The position numbers were made by a program, and so were the translations under genes. Below the pieces are notes generated by a model. It had not been told where the DNA came from. It saw only the letters and a program-made list of their open reading frames with translations, and made no database searches. A stretch of 64,000 nucleotides of DNA from the NCBI RefSeq assembly GCF_009914755.1, contig NC_060925.1, one strand, 5' to 3'. The stretch's first letter is position 1; the number at the start of each line of letters is the position of its first letter. Below, piece after piece: positions 38,621 to 51,537 of this stretch. Origin of the DNA: the human T2T-CHM13v2.0 reference genome, Homo sapiens.

Positions 38621-41600
38621 GAATTCTCAGTAACTTCCTTGTGTTGTGTGTATTCAACTGACAGAGTTGAACTTTCATTTGGAGAGAGCAGATTTGAAAC
38701 ACTGTTTTTGTGGAATTTGCAAGTGGAGATTTCAAGCGCTTTGGGGCCAAAGGCAGAAAAGGAAATATCTTCGTATAAAAACTAGACAGAATCATTCTCA
38801 GAAACTGCTGCGTGATGTGTGCGTTCAACTCTCAGAGTTTAACTTTTCTTTTCATTCAGCGGTTTGGAAACACTCTGTTTGTAAAGTCTGCACGTGGATA
38901 TTTTGACCACTTAGAGGCCTTCGTTGGAAACGGGTTTTTTTCATGTAAGGCTAGACAGAAGAATTCCCAGTAACTTCCTTGTGTTGTGTGCATTCAACTC
39001 ACAGAGTTGAACGTTCCCTTAGACAGAGCAGATTTGAAACACTCTATTTGTGCAATTTGCAAGTGTAGATTTCAAGCGCTTTAAGGTCAACGGCAGAAAA
39101 GGAAATATCTTCGTTTCAAAACTAGACAGAATCATTCCCACAAACTGCGTTGTGATGTGTTCGTTCAACTCACAGAGTTTAACCTTTCTGTTCATAGAGC
39201 AGTTAGGAAACACTCTGTTTGTAAAGTCTGTAAGTGGATATTCTGACATCTTGTGGCCTTCGTTGGAAACGGGATTTCTTCATATTCTGCTAGACAGAAG
39301 AATTCTCAGTAACTTCCTTGTGTTGTGTGTATTCAACTCACAGAGTTGAACGATCCTTTACACAGAGCAGACTTGAAACACTCTTTTTGTGGAATTTGCA
39401 AGTGGAGATTTCAGCCGCTTTGAGGTCAATGGTAGAAAAGGAAATATCTTCGTATAAAGACTAGACAGAATGATTCTCAGAAACTCCTTTGTGATGTGTG
39501 CGTTCAACTCACAGAGTTTAACTTTTCTTTTCAAAGAGCAGTTAGGAAACACTCTCTTTGTAAAGTCTGCAAGTGGATATTCAGACCTCTTTGAGGCCTT
39601 CGTTGGAAACGGGATTTCTTCATATTCTGCTAGACAGAAGAATTCTCAGTAACTTCCTTGTGTTGTGTGTATTCAACTCACAGAGTTGAACGATCCTTTA
39701 CACAGAGCAGACTTGAAACATTCTTTTTGTGGAATTTGCAAGTGGAGATTTCAGCCGCTTTGAGGTCAATGTTAGAATAGGAAATATCTTCCTATAGAAA
39801 CTAGACAGAACGATTCTCAGAAACTCCGTTGTGATGTGTGCGTTCAACTCACAGAGTTTAACCTTTCTTTTCATAGAGCAGTTAGGAAACACTCTGTTTG
39901 TAAAGTCTGCAAGTGGATATTCAGACCTCTTTGAGGCCTTCGTTGGAAACGGGATTTCTTCCTATTCTGCTAGACAGAAGAATTCTCAGTAACTTCCTTG
40001 TGTTGTGTGTATTCAACTCACAGAGTTGAACGATCCTTTACACAGAGCAGACTTGAAACACTCTTTTTGTGGAATTTGCAAGTGGAGATTTCAGCCGCTT
40101 TGAGGTCAATAGTAGAAAAGGAAATATCTTCGTAGAAAAACTAGACAGAATGATTCTCAGAAACTCCTTTGTGATGTGTGTGTTCAACTCACAGAGTTTA
40201 ACCTTTCTTTTCATAGAGCAGTTAGTAAACACTCTGTTTATAAAGTCTGCAAGTGGATATTCAGACCCCTTTGAGGCCTTCGTTGGAAACGGGATTTCTT
40301 CATATTCTGCTAGACAGAAGAATTCTCAGTAACTTCCTTGTGTTGTGTGTATTCAACTGACAGAGTTGAACTTTCATTTGGAGAGAGCAGATTTGAAACA
40401 CTGTTTTTGTGGAATTTGCAAGTGGAGATTTCAAGCGCTTTGGGGCCAAAGGCAGAAAAGGAAATATCTTCGTATAAAAACTAGACAGAATCATTCTCAG
40501 AAACTGCTGCGTGATGTGTGCGTTCAACTCTCAGAGTTTAACTTTTCTTTTCATTCAGCGGTTTGGAAACACTCTGTTTGTAAAGTCTGCACGTGGATAT
40601 TTTGACCACTTAGAGGCCTTCGTTGGAAACGGGTTTTTTTCATGTAAGGCTAGACAGAAGAATTCCCAGTAACTTCCTTGTGTTGTGTGCATTCAACTCA
40701 CAGAGTTGAACGTTCCCTTAGACAGAGCAGATTTGAAACACTCTATTTGTGCAATTTGCAAGTGTAGATTTCAAGCGCTTTAAGGTCAACGGCAGAAAAG
40801 GAAATATCTTCGTTTCAAAACTAGACAGAATCATTCCCACAAACTGCGTTGTGATGTGTTCGTTCAACTCACAGAGTTTAACCTTTCTGTTCATAGAGCA
40901 GTTAGGAAACACTCTGTTTGTAAAGTCTGTAAGTGGATATTCTGACATCTTGTGGCCTTCGTTGGAAACGGGATTTCTTCATATTCTGCTAGACAGAAGA
41001 ATTCTCAGTAACTTCCTTGTGTTGTGTGTATTCAACTCACAGAGTTGAACGATCCTTTACACAGAGCAGACTTGAAACACTCTTTTTGTCGAATTTGCAA
41101 GTGGAGATTTCAGCCGCTTTGAGGTCAATGGTAGAAAAGGAAACTATCTTCATATAAAGACTAGACAGAATGATTCTCAGAAAATCTTTTGTGATGTGTG
41201 CGTTCAACTCACAGAGTTTAACTTTTCTTCTCATAGAGCAGTTAGGAAACACTCTGTTTGTAAAGTCTGCAAGTGTATATTCAGACCTCTTTGAGGCCTT
41301 CGTTGGAAACGGGATTTCTTCATATTATGCTAGACAGAATAATTCTCAGTAACTTCCTTGTGTTGTGTGTATTCAACTCACAGAGTTGAAGGATCCTTTA
41401 CAGAGAGCAGGCTTGAAACACTCTTTTTGTCGAATTTGCAAGTGGAGATTTCAGCCGCTTTGAGGTCAATGGTAGAATAGGAAATATCTTCTTATAGAAA
41501 CTAGACAAAATGATTCTCATGAACTCCTTTGTGAAGTGTGCGTTCAACTCACAGAGTTTAACCTTTCTTTTCATAGAGCAGTTAGGAAACACTCTGTTTG

Positions 41601-44600
41601 TAAAGTCTGCAAGTGGATATTCAGACCTCCTTGAGGCCTTCGTTGGAAACGGGATTTCTTCATATTCTGCTAGACAGAAGAATTCTCATTAACTTCCTTG
41701 TGTTGTGTTTATTCAACTCACAGAGTTGAATGATCCTTTACACAGAGCAGACTTGAAACACTCTTTTTGTGGAATTTGCAAGTGGAGATTTCAGCCGCTT
41801 TGAGGTCAATGGTAGAAAAGGAAATATCTTCGTATAAAGACTAGACAGAATGATTCTCAGAAACTCCTTTGTGATGTGTGCGTTCAACTCACAGAGTTTA
41901 ACCTTTCTGTTCATAGAGCAGTTAGGAAACACTCTGTTTGTAAAGTCTGCAAGTGGATATTCAGACCTCCTTGAGGCCTTCGTTGGAAACGGGATTTCTT
42001 CATATTCTGCTAGACAGAAGAATTCTCAGTAACTTCCTTGTGTTGTGTGTATTCAACTCACAGAGTTGAACGATCCTTTACACAGAGCAGACTTGAAACA
42101 CTCTTTTTGTGGAATTTGCAAGTGGAGATTTCAGCCGCTTTGAGGTCAATAGTAGAAAAGGAAATATCTTCGTAGAAAAACTAGACAGAATGATTCTCAG
42201 AAACTCCTTTGTGATGTGTGCGTTCAACTCACAGAGTTTAACCTTTCTTTTCATAGAGCAGTTAGTAAACACTCTGTTTATAAAGTCTGCAAGTGGATAT
42301 TCAGACCCCTTTGAGGCCTTCGTTGGAAACGGGATTTCTTCATATTATGCTAGACAGAAGAATTCTCAGTAACTTCCTTGTGTTGTGTGTATTCAACTGA
42401 CAGAGTTGAACTTTCATTTAGAGAGAGCAGATTTGAAACACTGTTTTTGTGGAATTTGCAAGTGGAGATTTCAAGCGCTTTGGGGCCAAAGGCAGAAAAG
42501 GAAATATCTTCGTATAAAAACTAGACAGAATCATTCTCAGAAACTGCTGCGTGATGTGTGCGTTCAACTCTCAGAGTTTAACTTTTCTTTTCATTCAGCG
42601 GTTTGGAAACACTCTGTTTGTAAAGTCTGCACGTGGATATTTTGACCACTTAGAGGCCTTCGTTGGAAACGGGTTTTTTTCATGTAAGGCTAGACAGAAG
42701 AATTCCCAGTAACTTCCTTGTGTTGTGTGCATTCAACTCACAGAGTTGAACGTTCCCTTAGACAGAGCAGATTTGAAACACTCTATTTGTGCAATTTGCA
42801 AGTGTAGATTTCAAGCGCTTTAAGGTCAACGGCAGAAAAGGAAATATCTTCGTTTCAAAACTAGACAGAATCATTCCCACAAACTGCGTTGTGATGTGTT
42901 CGTTCAACTCACAGAGTTTAACCTTTCTGTTCATAGAGCAGTTAGGAAACACTCTGTTTGTAAAGTCTGTAAGTGGATATTCTGACATCTTGTGGCCTTC
43001 GTTGGAAACGGGATTTCTTCATATTCTGCTAGACAGAAGAATTCTCAGTAACTTCCCTGTGTTGTGTGTATTCAACTCACAGAGTTGAACGATCCTTTAC
43101 ACAGAGCAGACTTGAAACACTCTTTTTGTGGAATTTGCAAGTGGAGATTTCAGCCGTTTTGAGGTCAATGGTAGAAAAGGAAATATCTTCGTATAAAGAC
43201 TAGACAGAATGATTCTCAGAAACTCCTTTGTGATGTGTGCGTTCAACTCACAGAGTTTAACTTTTCTTTTCAAAGAGCAGTTAGGAAACACTCTCTTTGT
43301 AAAGTCTGCAAGTGGATATTCAGACCTCTTTGAGGCCTTCGTTGGAAACGGGATTTCTTCATATTCTGCTAGACAGAAGAATTCTCAGTAACTTCCTTGT
43401 GTTGTGTGTATTCAACTCACAGAGTTGAACGATCCTTTACACAGAGCAGACTTGAAACATTCTTTTTGTGGAATTTGCAAGTGGAGATTTCAGCCGCTTT
43501 GAGGTCAATGTTAGAATAGGAAATATCTTCCTATAGAAACTAGACAGAACGATTCTCAGAAACTCCGTTGTGATGTGTGCGTTCAACTCACAGAGTTTAA
43601 CCTTTCTTTTCATAGAGCAGTTAGGAAACACTCTGTTTGTAAAGTCTGCAAGTGGATATTCAGACCTCTTTGAGGCCTTCGTTGGAAACGGGATTTCTTC
43701 CTATTCTGCTAGACAGAAGAATTCTCAGTAACTTCCTTGTGTTGTGTGTATTCAACTCACAGAGTTGAACGATCCTTTACACAGAGCAGACTTGAAACAC
43801 TCTTTTTGTGGAATTTGCAAGTGGAGATTTCAGCCGCTTTGAGGTCAATAGTAGAAAAGGAAATATCTTCGTAGAAAAACTAGACAGAATGATTCTCAGA
43901 AACTCCTTTGTGATGTGTGTGTTCAACTCACAGAGTTTAACCTTTCTTTTCATAGAGCAGTTAGTAAACACTCTGTTTATAAAGTCTGCAAGTGGATATT
44001 CAGACCCCTTTGAGGCCTTCGTTGGAAACGGGATTTCTTCATATTCTGCTAGACAGAAGAATTCTCAGTAACTTCCTTGTGTTGTGTGTATTCAACTGAC
44101 AGAGTTGAACTTTCATTTGGAGAGAGCAGATTTGAAACACTGTTTTTGTGGAATTTGCAAGTGGAGATTTCAAGCGCTTTGGGGCCAAAGGCAGAAAAGG
44201 AAATATCTTCGTATAAAAACTAGACAGAATCATTCTCAGAAACTGCTGCGTGATGTGTGCGTTCAACTCTCAGAGTTTAACTTTTCTTTTCATTCAGCGG
44301 TTTGGAAACACTCTGTTTGTAAAGTCTGCACGTGGATATTTTGACCACTTAGAGGCCTTCGTTGGAAACGGGTTTTTTTCATGTAAGGCTAGACAGAAGA
44401 ATTCCCAGTAACTTCCTTGTGTTGTGTGCATTCAACTCACAGAGTTGAACGTTCCCTTAGACAGAGCAGATTTGAAACACTCTATTTGTGCAATTTGCAA
44501 GTGTAGATTTCAAGCGCTTTAAGGTCAACGGCAGAAAAGGAAATATCTTCGTTTCAAAACTAGACAGAATCATTCCCACAAACTGCGTTGTGATGTGTTC

Positions 44601-47600
44601 GTTCAACTCACAGAGTTTAACCTTTCTGTTCATAGAGCAGTTAGGAAACACTCTGTTTGTAAAGTCTGTAAGTGGATATTCTGACATCTTGTGGCCTTCG
44701 TTGGAAACGGGATTTCTTCATATTCTGCTAGACAGAAGAATTCTCAGTAACTTCCTTGTGTTGTGTGTATTCAACTCACAGAGTTGAACGATCCTTTACA
44801 CAGAGCAGACTTGAAACACTCTTTTTGTGGAATTTGCAAGTGGAGATTTCAGCCGCTTTGAGGTCAATGGTAGAAAAGGAAACTATCTTCATATAAAGAC
44901 TAGACAGAATGATTCTCAGAAAATCTTTTGTGATGTGTGCGTTCAACTCACAGAGTTTAACTTTTCTTCTCATAGAGCAGTTAGGAAACACTCTGTTTGT
45001 AAAGTCTGCAAGTGTATATTCAGACCTCTTTGAGGCCTTCGTTGGAAACGGGATTTCTTCATATTATGCTAGACAGAATAATTCTCAGTAACTTCCTTGT
45101 GTTGTGTGTATTCAACTCACAGAGTTGAAGGATCCTTTACAGAGAGCAGGCTTGAAACACTCTTTTTGTCGAATTTGCAAGTGGAGATTTCAGCCGCTTT
45201 GAGGTCAATGGTAGAATAGGAAATATCTTCTTATAGAAACTAGACAAAATGATTCTCATGAACTCCTTTGTGAAGTGTGCGTTCAACTCACAGAGTTTAA
45301 CCTTTCTTTTCATAGAGCAGTTAGGAAACACTCTGTTTGTAAAGTCTGCAAGTGGATATTCAGACCTCCTTGAGGCCTTCGTTGGAAACGGGATTTCTTC
45401 ATATTCTGCTAGACAGAAGAATTCTCATTAACTTCCTTGTGTTGTGTTTATTCAACTCACAGAGTTGAATGATCCTTTACACAGAGCAGACTTGAAACAC
45501 TCTTTTTGTGGAATTTGCAAGTGGAGATTTCAGCCGCTTTGAGGTCAATGGTAGAAAAGGAAATATCTTCGTATAAAGACTAGACAGAATGATTCTCAGA
45601 AACTCCTTTGTGATGTGTGCGTTCAACTCACAGAGTTTAACCTTTCTGTTCATAGAGCAGTTAGGAAACACTCTGTTTGTAAAGTCTGCAAGTGGATATT
45701 CAGACCTCCTTGAGGCCTTCGTTGGAAACGGGATTTCTTCATATTCTGCTAGACAGAAGAATTCTCAGTAACTTCCTTGTGTTGTGTGTATTCAACTCAC
45801 AGAGTTGAACGATCCTTTACACAGAGCAGACTTGAAACACTCTTTTTGTGGAATTTGCAAGTGGAGATTTCAGCCGCTTTGAGGTCAATAGTAGAAAAGG
45901 AAATATCTTCGTAGAAAAACTAGACAGAATGATTCTCAGAAACTCCTTTGTGATGTGTGCGTTCAACTCACAGAGTTTAACCTTTCTTTTCATAGAGCAG
46001 TTAGTAAACACTCTGTTTATAAAGTCTGCAAGTGGATATTCAGACCCCTTTGAGGCCTTCGTTGGAAACGGGATTTCTTCATATTATGCTAGACAGAAGA
46101 ATTCTCAGTAACTTCCTTGTGTTGTGTGTATTCAACTGACAGAGTTGAACTTTCATTTAGAGAGAGCAGATTTGAAACACTGTTTTTGTGGAATTTGCAA
46201 GTGGAGATTTCAAGCGCTTTGGGGCCAAAGGCAGAAAAGGAAATATCTTCGTATAAAAACTAGACAGAATCATTCTCAGAAACTGCTGCGTGATGTGTGC
46301 GTTCAACTCTCAGAGTTTAACTTTTCTTTTCATTCAGCGGTTTGGAAACACTCTGTTTGTAAAGTCTGCACGTGGATATTTTGACCACTTAGAGGCCTTC
46401 GTTGGAAACGGGTTTTTTTCATGTAAGGCTAGACAGAAGAATTCCCAGTAACTTCCTTGTGTTGTGTGCATTCAACTCACAGAGTTGAACGTTCCCTTAG
46501 ACAGAGCAGATTTGAAACACTCTATTTGTGCAATTTGCAAGTGTAGATTTCAAGCGCTTTAAGGTCAACGGCAGAAAAGGAAATATCTTCGTTTCAAAAC
46601 TAGACAGAATCATTCCCACAAACTGCGTTGTGATGTGTTCGTTCAACTCACAGAGTTTAACCTTTCTGTTCATAGAGCAGTTAGGAAACACTCTGTTTGT
46701 AAAGTCTGTAAGTGGATATTCTGACATCTTGTGGCCTTCGTTGGAAACGGGATTTCTTCATATTCTGCTAGACAGAAGAATTCTCAGTAACTTCCTTGTG
46801 TTGTGTGTATTCAACTCACAGAGTTGAACGATCCTTTACACAGAGCAGACTTGAAACACTCTTTTTGTGGAATTTGCAAGTGGAGATTTCAGCCGCTTTG
46901 AGGTCAATGGTAGAAAAGGAAATATCTTCGTATAAAGACTAGACAGAATGATTCTCAGAAACTCCTTTGTGATGTGTGCGTTCAACTCACAGAGTTTAAC
47001 TTTTCTTTTCAAAGAGCAGTTAGGAAACACTCTCTTTGTAAAGTCTGCAAGTGGATATTCAGACCTCTTTGAGGCCTTCGTTGGAAACGGGATTTCTTCA
47101 TATTCTGCTAGACAGAAGAATTCTCAGTAACTTCCTTGTGTTGTGTGTATTCAACTCACAGAGTTGAACGATCCTTTACACAGAGCAGACTTGAAACATT
47201 CTTTTTGTGGAATTTGCAAGTGGAGATTTCAGCCGCTTTGAGGTCAATGTTAGAATAGGAAATATCTTCCTATAGAAACTAGACAGAACGATTCTCAGAA
47301 ACTCCGTTGTGATGTGTGCGTTCAACTCACAGAGTTTAACCTTTCTTTTCATAGAGCAGTTAGGAAACACTCTGTTTGTAAAGTCTGCAAGTGGATATTC
47401 AGACCTCTTTGAGGCCTTCGTTGGAAACGGGATTTCTTCCTATTCTGCTAGACAGAAGAATTCTCAGTAACTTCCTTGTGTTGTGTGTATTCAACTCACA
47501 GAGTTGAACGATCCTTTACACAGAGCAGACTTGAAACACTCTTTTTGTGGAATTTGCAAGTGGAGATTTCAGCCGCTTTGAGGTCAATAGTAGAAAAGGA

Positions 47601-49837
47601 AATATCTTCGTAGAAAAACTAGACAGAATGATTCTCAGAAACTCCTTTGTGATGTGTGTGTTCAACTCACAGAGTTTAACCTTTCTTTTCATAGAGCAGT
47701 TAGTAAACACTCTGTTTATAAAGTCTGCAAGTGGATATTCAGACCCCTTTGAGGCCTTCGTTGGAAACGGGATTTCTTCATATTCTGCTAGACAGAAGAA
47801 TTCTCAGTAACTTCCTTGTGTTGTGTGTATTCAACTGACAGAGTTGAACTTTCATTTGGAGAGAGCAGATTTGAAACACTGTTTTTGTGGAATTTGCAAG
47901 TGGAGATTTCAAGCGCTTTGGGGCCAAAGGCAGAAAAGGAAATATCTTCGTATAAAAACTAGACAGAATCATTCTCAGAAACTGCTGCGTGATGTGTGCG
48001 TTCAACTCTCAGAGTTTAACTTTTCTTTTCATTCAGCGGTTTGGAAACACTCTGTTTGTAAAGTCTGCACGTGGATATTTTGACCACTTAGAGGCCTTCG
48101 TTGGAAACGGGTTTTTTTCATGTAAGGCTAGACAGAAGAATTCCCAGTAACTTCCTTGTGTTGTGTGCATTCAACTCACAGAGTTGAACGTTCCCTTAGA
48201 CAGAGCAGATTTGAAACACTCTATTTGTGCAATTTGCAAGTGTAGATTTCAAGCGCTTTAAGGTCAACGGCAGAAAAGGAAATATCTTCGTTTCAAAACT
48301 AGACAGAATCATTCCCACAAACTGCGTTGTGATGTGTTCGTTCAACTCACAGAGTTTAACCTTTCTGTTCATAGAGCAGTTAGGAAACACTCTGTTTGTA
48401 AAGTCTGTAAGTGGATATTCTGACATCTTGTGGCCTTCGTTGGAAACGGGATTTCTTCATATTCTGCTAGACAGAAGAATTCTCAGTAACTTCCTTGTGT
48501 TGTGTGTATTCAACTCACAGAGTTGAACGATCCTTTACACAGAGCAGACTTGAAACACTCTTTTTGTGGAATTTGCAAGTGGAGATTTCAGCCGCTTTGA
48601 GGTCAATGGTAGAAAAGGAAACTATCTTCATATAAAGACTAGACAGAATGATTCTCAGAAAATCTTTTGTGATGTGTGCGTTCAACTCACAGAGTTTAAC
48701 TTTTCTTCTCATAGAGCAGTTAGGAAACACTCTGTTTGTAAAGTCTGCAAGTGTATATTCAGACCTCTTTGAGGCCTTCGTTGGAAACGGGATTTCTTCA
48801 TATTATGCTAGACAGAATAATTCTCAGTAACTTCCTTGTGTTGTGTGTATTCAACTCACAGAGTTGAAGGATCCTTTACAGAGAGCAGGCTTGAAACACT
48901 CTTTTTGTCGAATTTGCAAGTGGAGATTTCAGCCGCTTTGAGGTCAATGGTAGAATAGGAAATATCTTCTTATAGAAACTAGACAAAATGATTCTCATGA
49001 ACTCCTTTGTGAAGTGTGCGTTCAACTCACAGAGTTTAACCTTTCTTTTCATAGAGCAGTTAGGAAACACTCTGTTTGTAAAGTCTGCAAGTGGATATTC
49101 AGACCTCCTTGAGGCCTTCGTTGGAAACGGGATTTCTTCATATTCTGCTAGACAGAAGAATTCTCATTAACTTCCTTGTGTTGTGTTTATTCAACTCACA
49201 GAGTTGAATGATCCTTTACACAGAGCAGACTTGAAACACTCTTTTTGTGGAATTTGCAAGTGGAGATTTCAGCCGCTTTGAGGTCAATGGTAGAAAAGGA
49301 AATATCTTCGTATAAAGACTAGACAGAATGATTCTCAGAAACTCCTTTGTGATGTGTGCGTTCAACTCACAGAGTTTAACCTTTCTGTTCATAGAGCAGT
49401 TAGGAAACACTCTGTTTGTAAAGTCTGCAAGTGGATATTCAGACCTCCTTGAGGCCTTCGTTGGAAACGGGATTTCTTCATATTCTGCTAGACAGAAGAA
49501 TTCTCAGTAACTTCCTTGTGTTGTGTGTATTCAACTCACAGAGTTGAACGATCCTTTACACAGAGCAGACTTGAAACACTCTTTTTGTGGAATTTGCAAG
49601 TGGAGATTTCAGCCGCTTTGAGGTCAATAGTAGAAAAGGAAATATCTTCGTAGAAAAACTAGACAGAATGATTCTCAGAAACTCCTTTGTGATGTGTGCG
49701 TTCAACTCACAGAGTTTAACCTTTCTTTTCATAGAGCAGTTAGTAAACACTCTGTTTATAAAGTCTGCAAGTGGATATTCAGACCCCTTTGAGGCCTTCG
49801 TTGGAAACGGGATTTCTTCATATTCTGCTAGACAGAA
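38621..49837 (+). repeat. Three tandem copies of a 3739-bp 22-mer super-HOR (10-mer + 12-mer)
   Basis: Unit starts at 38621, 42360 and 46099 are 3739 apart. Each 10-mer carries the G-dimer AATGTTAG variant and each 12-mer the D-dimer GTGAAGTG variant. Confidence 0.88.
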
Positions 49838-51537
49838 GAATTCTCAGTAACTTCCTTGTGTTGTGTGTATTCAACTGACAGAGTTGAACTTTCATTTAGA
49901 GAGAGCAGATTTGAAACACTGTTTTTGTGGAATTTGCAAGTGGAGATTTCAAGCGCTTTGGGGCCAAAGGCAGAAAAGGAAATATCTTCGTATAAAAACT
50001 AGACAGAATCATTCTCAGAAACTGCTGCGTGATGTGTGCGTTCAACTCTCAGAGTTTAACTTTTCTTTTCATTCAGCGGTTTGGAAACACTCTGTTTGTA
50101 AAGTCTGCACGTGGATATTTTGACCACTTAGAGGCCTTCGTTGGAAACGGGTTTTTTTCATGTAAGGCTAGACAGAAGAATTCCCAGTAACTTCCTTGTG
50201 TTGTGTGCATTCAACTCACAGAGTTGAACGTTCCCTTAGACAGAGCAGATTTGAAACACTCTATTTGTGCAATTTGCAAGTGTAGATTTCAAGCGCTTTA
50301 AGGTCAACGGCAGAAAAGGAAATATCTTCGTTTCAAAACTAGACAGAATCATTCCCACAAACTGCGTTGTGATGTGTTCGTTCAACTCACAGAGTTTAAC
50401 CTTTCTGTTCATAGAGCAGTTAGGAAACACTCTGTTTGTAAAGTCTGTAAGTGGATATTCTGACATCTTGTGGCCTTCGTTGGAAACGGGATTTCTTCAT
50501 ATTCTGCTAGACAGAAGAATTCTCAGTAACTTCCTTGTGTTGTGTGTATTCAACTCACAGAGTTGAACGATCCTTTACACAGAGCAGACTTGAAACACTC
50601 TTTTTGTGGAATTTGCAAGTGGAGATTTCAGCCGCTTTGAGGTCAATGGTAGAAAAGGAAACTATCTTCATATAAAGACTAGACAGAATGATTCTCAGAA
50701 AATCTTTTGTGATGTGTGCGTTCAACTCACAGAGTTTAACTTTTCTTCTCATAGAGCAGTTAGGAAACACTCTGTTTGTAAAGTCTGCAAGTGTATATTC
50801 AGACCTCTTTGAGGCCTTCGTTGGAAACGGGATTTCTTCATATTATGCTAGACAGAATAATTCTCAGTAACTTCCTTGTGTTGTGTGTATTCAACTCACA
50901 GAGTTGAAGGATCCTTTACAGAGAGCAGGCTTGAAACACTCTTTTTGTCGAATTTGCAAGTGGAGATTTCAGCCGCTTTGAGGTCAATGGTAGAATAGGA
51001 AATATCTTCTTATAGAAACTAGACAAAATGATTCTCATGAACTCCTTTGTGATGTGTGCGTTCAACTCACAGAGTTTAACCTTTCTGTTCATAGAGCAGT
51101 TAGGAAACACTCTGTTTGTAAAGTCTGCAAGTGGATATTCAGACCTCCTTGAGGCCTTCGTTGGAAACGGGATTTCTTCATATTCTGCTAGACAGAAGAA
51201 TTCTCATTAACTTCCTTGTGTTGTGTTTATTCAACTCACAGAGTTGAATGATCCTTTACACAGAGCAGACTTGAAACACTCTTTTTGTGGAATTTGCAAG
51301 TGGAGATTTCAGCCGCTTTGAGGTCAATAGTAGAAAAGGAAATATCTTCGTAGAAAAACTAGACAGAATGATTCTCAGAAACTCCTTTGTGATGTGTGCG
51401 TTCAACTCACAGAGTTTAACCTTTCTTTTCATAGAGCAGTTAGTAAACACTCTGTTTATAAAGTCTGCAAGTGGATATTCAGACCCCTTTGAGGCCTTCG
51501 TTGGAAACGGGATTTCTTCATATTATGCTAGACAGAA
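49838..51537 (+). repeat. Unique 10-mer A-B-C-D-E/H (1700 bp)
   Basis: Length is 1700 rather than 1699 because it contains C. The last dimer has an E head (T51249) and an H body (A51329). Confidence 0.85.
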
